NCBI GenBank assembly: GCA_028534125.1
Contig: CM052828.1
Span: forward strand, 54,374,001-54,438,000
DNA: 64,000 bases
Direction: 5' to 3'
Source of the DNA: Lama glama
Lineage: Eukaryota
Numbering within the stretch: the stretch's first letter is position 1; each line of letters opens with the position of its first letter. The position numbers and the translations under genes are program-made. Below the pieces are notes generated by a model. The model had not been told where the DNA came from and ran no database searches. It was given only the letters and a program-made list of their open reading frames with translations. Of this stretch, positions 1 through 14,024 are shown piece by piece.

Positions 1-3000
1 TAAGTTGGAGAAACTAAAAACTTAGAATTTGGTGATGAATGAGCTTGAAAAAGGACTGGAAAGAATGGCTACAAAATCCTCTTTCTGCTTCCCTGTAATA
101 GAGAAAACAGTTTAAGCAACGATTTATAATGGCTCCCCTCTTCCTAAAAAACATCAGTATATAAAACTCTATGTAGGAAATAAATACAATTTTGTATTAA
201 TATATTTTGGTACTTATGTGGTCTTAGTTATCAAAAGCACTAACCCATAAAAAACTCAGAGATCTGAAGAACCTTGAATCCACTTAGAATCTGTCTTCTC
301 TGCTAGGAAAAAAAAAAAAAGAGTATGTTTTTAGAAAAACATTTGGCCCAAAGATGATATAAGGAAAAGCTTTTCCCGTTTAAATAGCTGCTATTTTTAT
401 AAATGGAACAAAATCAACTTCTCCATAAGGAGAAAACACACTTGTGAAGAGCTAAGAAATTGTGAGTGGCTGGGGGAGGGAAGGAGGAGTCAGAGTTGCC
501 AAGTTGTTTTCTCTTACATTTAAGCAACACATCTTAGGGGGGAAAAAAGAGATGCACTGAGACTTATTTCCTTGCCTCTGTGTAGATCAGAAGAGCAAAG
601 AGTGAAGTCTCGAGGGAGGATGAGGATACGAGGGAAACAGAGCAATTATGCCTAAAGGATTTCATGGAAGTCTACAGGTAATGTAAAATGAAATTGCAAA
701 GGCAAAGAGGCCACGTTCCCCTTGATGCCAGCATGTGCTTTCATTTGATATTAATAGTCACCGAGCCAAGGGGAAAAGGTATCTTTGCCTTTTGCAATTA
801 TTCGTTGCTACCAACTCTGCACGAGAACTGGAATGCTCAGGACACACACACAGACTTCCCGATTCGAAACACTGTATTTCTAAGAGTAATTATAAGATAC
901 ATCACATGGCAATGTTTTTTCCCAAATCAAGGCAAGTTCATGAAAGCATTCTATAATTCTCTGAAATTAAACACCAGCCCAGGCCACGGGGACTCTCCTG
1001 AACTTCTGTTTCCTTCCTTGCATGACACATTGGGCAGGTCCACTAACATAGATGTAAATGACACACAGGGCTCCCGAAAAGATGTCTCGGGCCGTCAGCG
1101 CTTTCCATTATTATCAGTGGGGACAGGACATCAGAGGCATCATTTCTCTCTCTGAGTGAAAGCTAGTTATTTAACTGCATTTGGTGGTTAATCAGTCAGA
1201 ATGTAAAGATATGATCACTTAGAATGGGGCTCCAGAAAGGGAGTTGCTCTGTGAAACACCAAAATGAAAACCGCCTGGTGTTATTATGGACATCTTAACT
1301 TGAAGCCGTGATTACGAGGATGTCTTTCTCAGGGCAGCGCAGGGAGCACATAGATAATCATCAGAGTTTATTTCTTCTCGGAGCTTGCCATTCAGGGACT
1401 CCGTTGCTTTCAGTTCAGGGATATTACAGTAAGTCCCTTCCCAATTTCTACAGATCAGTGTCGGGTCTCAGCTGGCAAAAGGCAGCTTTCAAGCTGACCT
1501 CTTGGAAATGTAGAAGGCCATCGCTCAGATACAGTCACTGAAAACCGAGAAGAGCTGAAGGAAATTGTAGCCACTGAACAAAACCCACGCTTCTTCAAAG
1601 CACATCTGTGTGGAGGTCTGGTCACGTGCAGCATGCTCTAAAGCTGTGCTTCTGGGTCCCCGCCTTGTACCCAGCTCCCGTGCTGTGCGGAGCCTCACAA
1701 CCCACCCTACTCCTCCCACTTGGAATCAGCAGTCAAAGAGCCAGGCCAGTGAGAAAAGAGCAGGCTCCTCATTCGGCCCCAGTCAGCTCAGCTTGAGGGC
1801 CAGGTCAGTGCACACCTTTCCCAACGTTCCCAACATATGAGTCCGAATGCTGGCCAGAGGAGGTGTCAGAGCGTGCCCCGCCCTTCCCATCTACAGGCTG
1901 TCAGAGAGCGTGAGTCAGGCTTGGAGGGAAAAAGTGATCAACAGAATGAAAAAAATATGCATTGATTCCTGAGTCTCAAACTCCACAGTTATTTTAAACC
2001 AACAAGCTGGACTGATGATTCTGATGATCTACAGCAGAATAAGGCAAACGGCTTTCCTTCTGAAAGAAGAGCACTGACAGCAAGCTCCATTCATCTCACC
2101 CTTAGAGCAACCCAGCACTGCAAACTTTTTTTTTTTTTTGGTGCTATTTGTCTTATCTCTCTATCTAATTTCTAGCTTCCTGGAGCAGAGCACCACTGTT
2201 GGTAGCCCGTCTCCACTGAGATTTCTCTAGATGAGAGTGGGTGGAAACCTGCTTTGTTACAGAAAGGATTTGTTCTGCGCTAGCAAATGAAGGAGGAATG
2301 GTCATTAAGAGTGGCCATTTGTTAAAATGCCGGTCTTTGTTAGGCAGCCTTTGTAATATCATAATTGGCAAAATTCAGAAATTGATGTGCGACCTAGCGT
2401 AACCATGTTACACTCCAGGGCTGTCACCAGAGAGCCAGGCTGACATCTGAATTTAACTGACACTGTTTTCTTGCTTTGAGGCTGCCTTTCTATTGTGTCT
2501 CTAACTGCAGAGGAGAATGACTCCCTGGGGGAAGCCTTTGGGATCGCAAATGCATAAACATCTGGGCTTCAAATCTCTTTCAATTACATTAATGATCTAC
2601 TATGTGCAGGAGAAAGTTTTGAGTTTAAAATAACATTAATTTCATCTCAAGGTTAGAGAGGGAGATTTCAAACTTCCTCTAAACCCCAAACGCCCTTTAA
2701 AACCCCAGAGGGGAAAAATCTATATGCACACTGTAATGAGACTGTGATTAGACATGTGAAGGGAACCATATCCTTGAGCTACTTGGTGAGAGTTGCTGAT
2801 AAATCAAATAGCTATGATCCTTGCTTCCGTAAATCAGGAACAGAAAGTCCAGGCAGTCAAATTATTAACTTAAGAAGTGGTTGTAGTATGTTATTCTGCC
2901 CAATAGCAACGGTCTGCCCACACTAGCTTAACGATCGAATATAATTAAATTATGTTCGTCCTTCTTTAAAATCTCACTTTGTGTTTTTCCAATCTAATAA

Positions 3001-4484
3001 TCTCCACTGCCATGAGATCAGCCAACGTATTGTCCACTTCTTGCCAATACTAGCCACATCATGTGACTATTAACAGCACCATTTCAGCGTGGTCCTCCTT
3101 GTGCAAACAATTTCCCTATTGGAGGAAGCCTGAACCATCATCAACAGGCCTAAGCTTGCAGCCAGTGCTCTTTCTCAACATTCCTGCAGGCAGCCTCTTC
3201 CCGCAGGCAGACAGGCTGACCTCCTTGCCAACTCCCTGACCTTGACCTACAATATGCTCATTGACTCCTGTTTTTGCCTCTGCCAATGCTATGCTGAGCT
3301 CACCTCTCCTTCTCCCCCTCCCCATTATCACATGCTCATCAAGATTCTCAAGGTGCAGTTCAAGTTCTGCTCCTTTTATGAATTCTGGCCCTTTGGGTTC
3401 ACACAAATCTCCCCTTCTCTATAAAGTGTTTATAGACTGTACCATGGGTTTTGAATATGGTTGTGTGTATTTGTATACATATGTGAACATACGCATGTAT
3501 GCGGATACATAGATAGATAGTAATTTCTTAAAGAAAGTGGCTTCGACTCTTTCTACTGCTTCCAAAAGATCTAAGACCAATTTGTCAATCCCTCTGTTCT
3601 CATACCATGCGCCTGACAACAAAGTTACAGCCTACTGCCAATTAACAAAAGATGCATGGCTGAAAAAGTCATGGAAGATGTCAAAGCATCATTTTCTCTT
3701 CCTCCCCTTGCCTCCTAATCCTGGTGCCTTCCTTAGTTATTTCATCCTCTTATCTTTATACGTTATTAAAGGATCCTTTGAAAGGGCCAGAGACTGCAAC
3801 TGGGGCTAAAAGTCAGGCAGACGAGGATGCCATTTGCACATATTAACAATAATAAAAGTTCCTTCCTAATTCAGAAATCAGAACGTGGTTTCACCACAAT
3901 CAAAAATAAATAACAGACCCGGTGCTCTCAGCCTCAGCTTCAACGATTTTAGTCTATTTTGGGGATTAATAAAACTTCCAAAGAAATAACAGTTGAGGGA
4001 AAACTGTGCCTCAAAGATATTTTTAGATTTAAAAATGTGTTTAAATTAATATTAATTCCATTTGAAATATGTCTCATGTTTCTTATAAATGTAAAATGAA
4101 TAAATGCTGAACAGAAAAGGCACATAAAGCAACAAATTTGCATGAAGTTATACATATTTGGGGTTTGAACTGTTGATCAGAATATTCCACAGAAAACTCA
4201 TCCTAACATTATTATGGACTTAATATGTTCATTTATTGTCCAGTGTTAATATGGCTTAATTCATGTGCTCCAGTGGTAATTTGATTTGACTATTACATTT
4301 ATAAAAAGAAAGAGTGGCACCTTCTTTTTGGTCAAATAACAATGTTACAGAGGAGCAATGAGAAAAATTATATGAGCTATGTGTTTCTCTAATAAAATAT
4401 TTTTTAACAAATAAAAAAGTATCTCTTTATTTTCAGCAAGTGTAATGCCCTGAATGACCTCTCACTCTGTTGTTCTATGTGATA

Positions 4485-4620
4485 TAAGAAAGCTTTGGAA
4501 CCCAATGGACTTGAGTTGAAGTCTTGAGTTGAACAACTTACTTATTAACTGAGTGGCACTGGGTCCCTTAATGTTCTGGAGCATTGGTTTTTGTATTTGG
4601 AATGGACTGGATGGCAGTGG
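4485..4620 (+). mobile_element. Degenerate MIR-like SINE fragment
   Basis: gctttggaacccaatggacttgagttgaagtcttg...acttacttattaactgagtggcactggg resembles the MIR 5'/core; highly diverged. Confidence 0.4.
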
Positions 4621-5354
4621 TTCAAAACTTACTTTTCAAAGTTAGGATGAAGCTAAAATAATTCATCACTAATAAGTTGTCCCAGTCATTTGACAGAATT
4701 ACCACTACCAGCTAAGAACCAGAAACTGTGTGGCGCTATAAAGGCTTCCTCGGGTTCTTTGTTACCCTCGATCTTTTGGAAGTAGTTTTTGTTACAGTCT
4801 CTCGGCAGCCAGAAATACTGCCGCTGATTTTGTGATTTTCCAGCAGGCACTTGTGAAGAAGCATATGTTGTCATTTTTTTTTCTAAGAAATTCTTGCAAC
4901 ATTTTAAAAAAAGATTCATTATGTGCATGCCAGTTTACAACTTCGAGTCTTTGCTACTTTTGTACTTGAACATGAAGCCAAAGTCTCCATCACTAACTTG
5001 CAATGACTGGTGTCTGTCTAAAGAATGGGACTGTGTATCATGACACACACTGAGACTTTCTTTCCTTTGTCTGTTTGAAGTAGAGTAGGGGACAAGTGTG
5101 GTGCCCTGGAAATTTATTTCATCTATTTTCTTATTTTAAATCAAATCTTCATAAACTGTTTAAAATTGTGATTTTTTTTTAACCTCCATGCAGACTTGGA
5201 GTGATCTTTGCCACAGTTCACCATGAACAAAACTCAAAGTGCAGCACTGATACAGGCTAAGGGCTGGAGGGGGAACGAGAGGCTTAGAGCAGCACAATAT
5301 AGCATTTCTTTAACTGAATTTAGGAACTCTAATTTTCCTCCAAAGCAGATGATG

Positions 5355-5880
5355 GTACCGCCTTGCTTTAAAATCCCCAGTGGCATCTCATCCCTCACAG
5401 AAAAAAACTGCCAACTCCTCATAGTAGCTCAGAGGACCGACATGCTCTTACTGTGGCCGACAGCCTTGACTTCTGCCCCGTGGCCACGCCACTCCAGCCA
5501 CAACAGCTGTCTCCTTGCTGTTCCTCATACGGTCCACTCAGCACCACCACATGGACCCTGCACGGGCCGTCCACTCCCCATGGCTGGCTCGCTCTCATTT
5601 ATTTCATTTTCAGTCTTATGTCCCTCGAGTGTCACATCTGAAACAGAACTACTCCCACACGGATCTTGTCATTCTCTTATGCTGCTTTATTTTACTTCAA
5701 AGAGTCTGTCACTGCCGAAAGTTATATATATTTTCCGTTTACTTGTTTATTTTCTCTTTCTTCCACTAGTCTGTGAACCTCAAGAAGACTAGCTTTTGTC
5801 CCATCCTCTGATGTATCCTCAGCACCGAAACATGTGTAGTCATGATAGAAACTCCAAGTCTAAATGACTAAATGAGTGAA
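5355..5880 (+). mobile_element. L2 (LINE-2) 3' region
   Basis: Typical L2 motifs: gctttaaaatccccagtggcatctc..., cactccagccac...tccttgctgttcctc, ccactagtctgtgaacctc...tgtatcctcagcacc, and an aaatgagtgaa tail. Confidence 0.75.
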
Positions 5881-6049
5881 CGCGTGTCATGAATAAATAT
5901 TGACTAATGGCCTTTTAATGTTGCATTCCTAAGGAAGTAGGGAAGAGTTGGGAGCTAATATCTACTGGGACATAGCCTCTTTTTCTGCATCATCACAGTT
6001 ACTTTCATATATACATACATACATATATATGTATAAAAACATTATGAAG

Positions 6050-6172
6050 TATTTTTCATCCTCATTTTATAGCTGAAGCCTCAGATTTTAGAATTTAAGA
6101 AACTTGCCCAAGGGCATCTCCTCAGCAAATGACTGCCAGAATTTGAGACCTGGTTTTTAGATTCCAGACTTG
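6050..6172 (-). mobile_element. MIR SINE fragment
   Basis: catcctcattttatagctgaagcctcag...aacttgcccaagg...agaatttgagacctgg matches the reverse MIR core. Confidence 0.7.
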
Positions 6173-6489
6173 ACAGTTTTGCCATGAGACAGAAGTGAAA
6201 GAGCTTTTAAAGAACTTTAAAGAAATGAACAGACTTTGTTGATTCTTAGGTAAGTGTTTAATATGATAAGGGAACACTGATTCAGAAACTGGGGTGACAG
6301 AGGAGTAATTACATAAATGTTTGTATAAGCAAAGACTCAAACCCCAAGTGAATGAATAAAACCTAGTATTTCTCATTCTTCTCTGTCTCTCCTTCTTTTG
6401 AATTTCCCTTAATTATAGGTATCCCTCTAAAATTCAGTATGAGTTCTTTTCAATCCATAGTCTTTCTGTTAGACAATTAATCCTTTTTT

Positions 6490-7320
6490 TAATGACTTCA
6501 CAACCTTAATTCTGCATTTCTATAACTGACCTTCCATTTGAACTCCAGTTCTGTCTCCTAATACCTAGTGAACATTCTCACACTGTATTCTAGCCATTGT
6601 GTCCCTAAGCATAGTCAATATTTCTCCGTGCCCCCAACTGGCTCCTTGCCCTGAATGTTCCCCACCACCGGCATCATCGTTCAGTCACTAAGGATAAGCC
6701 ATATTTAACACTTAACCAAAAAGTAGTTATCTTCTATCAGTTCTTACTGAAATGATGGCTATGCCTTGTATTCATCCCAGTTTTACTATTTTCGTAATAT
6801 TTCATATTTCAGTCATATTTCAAATCTATGTGCAATCCCTGGGTTATTAAATCATTTCTTAATTGGTCTGCTTCCTGTTTCTCCCTGTTGGAATTCCTCC
6901 AACACCTCAATACAAATTAGTATTCCTTATGGGTTTCTCAAAAAGTTACTGCCTACAGTTCAAAGTTTGCACATTGTAGCTTAAAAGTAGCCTCCTACAA
7001 TGCGGTCCCGTTATATCTTTTCATGCAAACTCTTAATAGTGCTTAGTATCCTCCCGCTCAGGGAACTATCCCAGATGTGCCCTCCTCATTTTTGTCCTCA
7101 GGACTTTCCCCACTGCTTGGAATGCAGCCCCTTCTTCTCTCCATTAGTTCAGATCCCTTGGGGCTCAGTTAATGACCTACTGTCAGGAAGCCTTCCCTGG
7201 GTGGGCTGCCACATGGCTCAACTCCAGGAGGTGCCCTTCACATGATCATGCTCCCGGTGCACTTTTTTTTTTCACTGTTGGCCATAAGCCTTTCTCCCTT
7301 TTAGGCTTTAATCTCATGTA
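6490..7320 (+). mobile_element. Old, highly degenerate L2 fragments
   Basis: Scattered L2-like segments (tgaccttccatttgaactccag, ttaattggtctgcttcctg, cactgcttggaatgc, tcaggaagccttccctg). Confidence 0.45.
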
Positions 7321-8957
7321 ATGCTTAGTTAACGCCATTCTGAAGATCCTTTAATCATTGTAATGCTTGAATTGTACCAAGTCCTAATGTAATCTTCCCG
7401 TTCCATGTCTGTTTTTTCACTCCTATCTCATCTTTCCCTTCTCCCACTTGTCAATTTCCCTCTTGGCTTTGGGAGGTCAGAATGTGCTTACTAAACACCT
7501 GCTGCTCATCTTGGATTGTTTAAGGCAACGAGTATACAGCGTTGAAGAAATCAGACCGAACTGTGCATCACTCACGTCGTTGCACATCAGTACATGCGAC
7601 CTACAGGACCAAGGGCTGCGAGGGTGGACTGCCCGGTGCTGGCAGGCTGAGCAGCGGGCTGGCGGGGTCGTGAAAGGCTTAGGCTGGGCCTCAGCCATCT
7701 GTGTCACGAACAGCCCTCAGGATCACTTCTAGCTTTATTCATACGGCTCCCCATAAAAAGGGAATGGCAGAGTCCACATCTGCCAAAATATATTCATTTT
7801 CCCTCATTGCCCCTGGGATGCTCTCTCTGTGTGATCGCGACGAAAAAACACACTTCTCACTGGTGTGTGCATGCAGTGTGCACGTGGATGTGACACTGAC
7901 ATATCTCTAGTTCTAATTTTTTAAAATTACATACAGATACATAAACTCCTCAAAGGTAGAGAGCGTAGCTGCCCTCTGCTGTGGATGACATGTTCATAAT
8001 GAGGTTCAGCAATTCCAGCCGACAACAGCCTCTACTTCCATATTCAGAGTATCAAAAATCAGTCTCCCTCACAAGCTAAAAGGAAGATAGGAAAAGCAGG
8101 TAAAAATATAATATTAAATGGCACAATTTTTGAGTGCTAGGCAATTTGATGTACAGGTTTTTGCAACTTTAATGTCACTTTAAGCCTTTCTTGACTTGTT
8201 TAGTAACTGGGCACTGCAATTAAACATATCTGGATTTAAATTACAATTAAAATGCATTTTATTGCTACTTTCTTCCTTCACCCTATTCCATTACCAAGGT
8301 ATCTGGCTTGATAGAAATACTGTGTTAAGAAGGCTTCTTCCTTCTTTGATAAATTGTCCCTGGGTCTTTTCTAGGTTACCACCTAGAAATAACTGACTGT
8401 GAAGGATTAAGTTAACTTATTGTGAGTGTTTGTTTGTTTGTTTGGGCTCCCAGTACGCTCCTGAAGCTTTAACAGTCACACTGCGAGGGCCCCACTGCCC
8501 GGGCTTTGGGAACGTGGACTAGTCACTAGCTTTTTCTCAGGTTTCATTGTGACCTGTCGTGGACCTGGACTGGACACTGATCGGTGATCCGAAGCCTCTT
8601 CAACATCTGGCTCACTCCCTGGTCCACGTCCGGGAGCCTGGCTGATAAAACCAGCCCCTGGATGTCTCTCTTCCTCTACACCAACTGGCCCAGACGGGCT
8701 GCTAGTGACTCCATCAAAGTGCCCATCACTGGCCTGATGCCACAGACCACGGCATTGGCTCGTGACACCAACCACGCACTTTATCTTGTTTCACGGAATT
8801 GGAAAAGCACCTTTACTCACTAAATAACATGATGCGTCTGCTCCTGTTGTCTTACCCACTTCTCTGCCAGCACAGGGATTTTACACCGGCAAAGACGTAA
8901 CTGTCTGCACATACAGAGCCCCACTGGTTCTCACTATGAAGAGATGCGCCTTCGGGG

Positions 8958-9336
8958 CTCGCTGCTGGGGCTGCCGTAGCAGTACCGCAGACTGGCCAGG
9001 TTTACACCAGAGAAACTTGTTTCCTCGTAGTTTCTGGAGGCCTGAATTGTGAAATCAAGATGCTGGCAGGGTCGGTTTCATCTGAAGCCTCTCTCCTTGC
9101 TTCACGGATGGCCGTCTTCTCTGGGTCTTCCCCTGGTCTTGCCTTTGTGTTACTGTGTCTGCCGCCTCTTTTTATAAGAACACTGATCACATTGGACCAG
9201 GGCTCACTCTAAAGAACTTATTTTAAATTAATTGCTTCTTCAAAGACCCCATCTCGAGATGCAGTCACATTCTGAGGTAGTGGGGGTTAGAGCGTCAACA
9301 TGTCAATTTGGATGGGACACAGTTCAGCCCACAACA
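8958..9336 (-). mobile_element. MaLR solo LTR, MLT1B-like
   Basis: Reverse complement begins tgttgtgggctgaactgtgtccc...acccccactacctcagaatgtgactg, the MLT1 5' end. The other end has gggctgccgtagcagtacc...tctggaggcc...aaatcaagatgctggcagggtcggttt. Confidence 0.85.
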
Positions 9337-10004
9337 TTTTTCTTTTCCAATTTGTCTGACTTTTTGGGTTTCCTCCCATGGTTGCTGACTGTTAAACCAA
9401 ATGGCATGTGTACAGGCTGCTAGAAGGCTCATGGTATGCCTTTTAAGAAACTTGAAAAAAAAAAAACCTGTCTCCATGATGGATATGCACGCCAGGGAGG
9501 TCCACACTGATACAAGTCACGTTGCTAATTAATCCTGTTCCATCTGCAAATATATAATCTGTTTTGTCTTCCCAATGACACTGTGGTGTGTACTATCTAA
9601 AAAGCAGAACCCAAGGCTAATTCTGCATTTGGGTCCCCAAGTCATATTCAAAACACAGAATAAGCAAGTGTGGAAAATCCACTGGACTAGAATTTAGAAA
9701 ACGTGCCATCCTCATGTTACTAATGAATGGTATATTCGTTAATACATCTTGGTCAAGAGTGTATTGTAAAACGAAGCCAGTAATACTTTCCCTACCTTTT
9801 GAATACTGTGCTAACAAAGTAAGACTCTCTGTGCATGTCCTCTGGAAGCCACACAGCGCTGTCTAACCTACTGGGTAGCTATTACCCATTTTTGTGATCG
9901 CTGTTGTAGGAGCGAATGGGAGACCCGCTGTGTGTACACGTCAAGCTCAGTAATCGCCCCTTCCACGTACTCACATCACTCTCTCCGCTTCCCCTTCTTA
10001 GAGG

Positions 10005-10092
10005 ATTCATCGCACTGTATTTTAACTGTGCATTTACTCATCTGTTTTCTCACTGGGTTATAAACCCCTGAAGTAAAGGATCGTGTCTGCAA
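10005..10092 (+). mobile_element. L2 3' fragment
   Basis: cactgtattttaactgtgcatttactcatctgttttctcactgggttataaacccctgaag resembles the L2 3' terminal region. Confidence 0.5.
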
Positions 10093-13000
10093 GCAGCGCT
10101 GCCTCTTCCAGGCACAGCCTTGCGTGATTGCCAGTAGACACTCTCCGGGCTCTCCGGTGACTGACTGCATCTCCCCAGAACATGCTGGCCTGCTTTTCAT
10201 TCTGGGGAGAACAATCCTGTCCTCTGGCCTCCCTCCTCTCCAGACGGCTCACAGCTTCCATCCATCAGCTGTGGCTGTCCAGGCCCACTTCCAAGGCACT
10301 CACACGGTCACCCCCCAGTGTGGGGGACTGTCGTTGGTCTGGTGGTGGATCTCACCCCATTGCTTGCTTCTGCTCACTGAGAAGATTAAATCACACAGAA
10401 ATACCTGGCTGTTTCCAATCACCTATTTTTTTCTCTAAAATCCCCAGGGCGGTTCCGCTGGCATGCAGAACGTGGGGAGTGCAGGCACACTAGGGTCGGG
10501 GGCCTCAGTGACTCGGGAAAGCCACTCAGCTACTCTGAGGATGCTGAAATGTCTGCCTTCCTGGTTTCCTGTCCAGGTCGCTGCTGTCAGATTAGAGCAA
10601 TTAACTGGTAATTAGGACTCTGAATGGGAAAATGGATCTGGGGGACTGTAATCATCGTCCTCCCTCCAGGAAACCAGCAAGTGTATGTAAGCACTAAGGA
10701 AAATTCTGAAGTATCTGCAAGTGTAATAAGACGCAGCGGTCCTGAGACGGAGCACTTGGCTAAGCTAACCTGCTGAACCCAGAGCTTGGGGCTATCAGGG
10801 ACCGAATCAGTTCCTTCCATGTGACTTGGCCATTACAGGCTTGCCTTCAGCTCCTACTTAGAATGTGATCAAGTTCAAAACCAAATATAAGGGAGAAGAG
10901 TTATAGGCATTTATTGAATTTTCCAGACTGCGTTTTCTACATATTTCCCTGTTGTGCCTTTGTGACAGCAACCAGAGGATCGGCTTTAAGCTCTGGAAGT
11001 GTCAGCAGCCTCACCTGAGGCTGAGTCTAAGGTTTTGAATATTTCTGTGCTTTTTTTTTCTCCAGGATGGATGTTCCCTCATTTAATTTAAATCCTACTC
11101 CTTTGTTGTTCTTTGTGCCTTTCTCTTCCCACCTGGATGGCCTTCCATGAACACAACATCTCTCAAAACCTGCTTCTCCTGTGAGTGTAACGTGGGACTG
11201 TCACCCACTGCACTCTGCAGGGTTGCTGGGGGGACTACATAAGAATGCGCCCCAAGGTGCTGCGTGCAGGAAACAAACATGCAGCATTAACATATAGGGG
11301 TCTGAAGCACAGTGAGGTTTAATACAGTGTATGCGGTCCTCTGGCCTTCAGGAGCTGACTGCTGTACCATCCTGCCATTTCCACAACCCCCACCCCACCA
11401 CCTTTGCATTAAAATGTTTGTAAGTTCAGAAATCTCATCTCACTCCCTGGGAACTGCACAACATCAAGTGGTGTGTAGAGAACACTTGTTCAATAAATGT
11501 TTCAGGTGAGTGATTTTACAAGCACATCTATCCTTTGGTGAAGCTCTTCTTGCTAATATTTTCAATATTTCCAATACTTCCTATCAGAAAGGAGATTATT
11601 ATTAGCGTATCTACCACAATCTTCTGCAGTAGCTCAAAGACAGTAGAATAAGAGATTTCTAGAAGCCTGGATCCAGTCAAGAGCCTCGACCTTACTCATT
11701 CATCTGTTAGTGTTAAATTTGAAAACTATCATGGCCAATTTCAAGTCAAGTTTACCTGAGTTTAAATATTTTCCATCAGCACTGCCAAACCTTCACTTCA
11801 TTTGGCTCCTTGACTGAGCAAAAGAAAAACTAGCACAGGCTTTCAAATGCAAAGGGTTCTTTGGCACAAATGTCTGTACCAAATCTGCATTATAGTTGGT
11901 ATAACAAAAACAAGTTTGGTAAATGTTTGCTGAAAACCACATAGATAAAATGCTATCAAGAAATGTAGGATCTGTGAGCATTAAGGCAATGAGGCAGCTG
12001 GGTCTAATGTGTCCTTTTGGAAAGTAAAGTTCTCTGGATGTCAAGTGACAAGCTGGATGTGTTTATATATTGGCATTTAAAACCAAAATGAACACAGCAT
12101 TAACGTTTCCTAGGGAACGAGTACAATGAATTACAGCACCTAATAAAGGTCACCAGAAATGTTATTAAAGCCTCGTTTGGCCTTTATCTGTGACAAAGGA
12201 GAAAAAAGAAAGTGTAAGTCAAAATGATCATGGTAAAAGGATCTGGAATTGTCACAGGGAATAATATTACAACCAGAAGCCATCTTACTAGGAATACAGA
12301 GTCTAAGAAAAATTTGGGTAGAAAAAATGAAAAGAAAGAAAAACAGAGGGTGAAGGTGATATGAAGATGACCAATTACAGCTGACAACTGTAAGCGATTT
12401 TCTTATTGTCAGATGAAATCCTTAGATCAGAGCTAAGAGTCTTGATTCACATCCAGGAACCACCATCACTTTGGATCCCCAAAACAACAGGAAATAAAGC
12501 GAATAAGTTTCTGGTACAAAATGACAGCTTTTCATTTTAGTGTCACTTGGGCTGACAATTGATATACTGGACACATGTCACAACTCATCACTGCCCATCT
12601 TGCAGATATGGGACTTAGAACTTTCCAGCAAAAAAATAAAAACTCTGAACTACATAGTGAAATCTTATTTCATGAGATGAGCTAAGAGCAAGATCATTTT
12701 TGGGAAGAAAAAAAATCATAGAAAATAGTTATTGATTTACACCCCAACTGCCATTGCAAGAGGGCTGCCAAAAACTCAGGCTTCTTGTGAGTGGTAAATC
12801 CAACATCACAGAACAAAGCTTGTGCACAGATATTTTCTTTGCCCCTTTTACTGTTTTTGTTTTTTTCAGCTAATGGAACCCACATTTAAAAATCAGGAAA
12901 ACTCACATAAAATTGACATTTCTAGCTTCTCTTGAAAAAATCAGAAGATTTAGCAGCACAAGCCCAACATGCCTTCGACACCCAATCACAGGGTGCTGAG

Positions 13001-13296
13001 TGGCCTCCTCCGCTGCCACCACTGCCCCCTGCTTCTCAGACCCAGGTTGATCCACTTGTTTACCTGCCCGAACTTATGGACCCGAGAGGGAGATGCTTCG
13101 CTAAACCAGAAGCAGGGCTGTACTGTGATTCATTGCCTCTACATCTTATTGTGCAAACGATCAGTTCACTGTACAAACTAGGGGGACTCTAATGTCAGAA
13201 GCTCTGCTGATGTTAGGTGTTAAGACTTCCTGGAAAGATGCAAGGAGATACACGGCACTAGGCAGACACTGAGGGAGAACTGGGATGTTCCCCGTG

Positions 13297-13338
13297 TCAC
13301 TCACTCACTCACACACACACACACACACACTCACACAC
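13297..13338. repeat. Compound (TCAC)n/(CA)n microsatellite
   Basis: tcactcactcactcacacacacacacacacacactcacacac. Confidence 0.9.
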
Positions 13339-14024
13339 TTCTCTGATGTCACACTGGCAACTCAAGCAGTCGTCTTCTTGGAAAGAGTGCAGCCTGCGTC
13401 TGACCACATCTACTCTGTCGTTCTTATAGGACTCAACTGCTTTCCTTGAGTCACTTGTTTCTACTTTATTTGCTCTCTCTCCCTCCTTCCTCCCCCGAGG
13501 TCCCCTCCGTACTTCCGTATTCGGCTGGCAACTACCAGGTTCTCAGTGAGCCGTGGTGTGCTCTTGTTCTCCGTAAGTCTCTAGTCATTCCTACCACTTG
13601 GCAGTCTGTCCCCAGGAAGCATCTGCTCTGGGCAGTAGTCAGGTGTGACTCAGTGTGGAATGTTCCTATGGGCAGGGTCCTCCAGGGCTGTCGGGGAGCC
13701 TGCACACGGCTGCTATTAGCTCAGCTCCCCGTTCTCGGTCCCAATCAGGGGTGACTAAGATAAATGGCCACATGGTGCAAAACATGGCAATTTATGGACG
13801 AGGAACTGCCTGTGGCTCATTTTTCCTGAGCCAAATAGCAAGCATTTTGTCACGTGTGGTTAATACATGAACTGTGTGTGTTTCTACGTTTAATCAGCAG
13901 CTCAAAGCCTGGAATTTCTATTCTGGTGCACATGTTTGAGCCCTTGGGGCAGCAGGGAACTCAAAACAACAACAATGACAATAAACAACAACTCATGTTA
14001 TATTCAACTGGATATTCTAATGTC

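Noticed and set aside
688-1155. 155-aa ATG-initiated ORF
   Set aside because: No recognisable domain or supporting gene structure; compatible with a chance ORF antisense within an intron.
5208-5792. 194-aa ORF
   Set aside because: It lies over an L2 3' region, starts at TTG, and shows no recognisable protein similarity.
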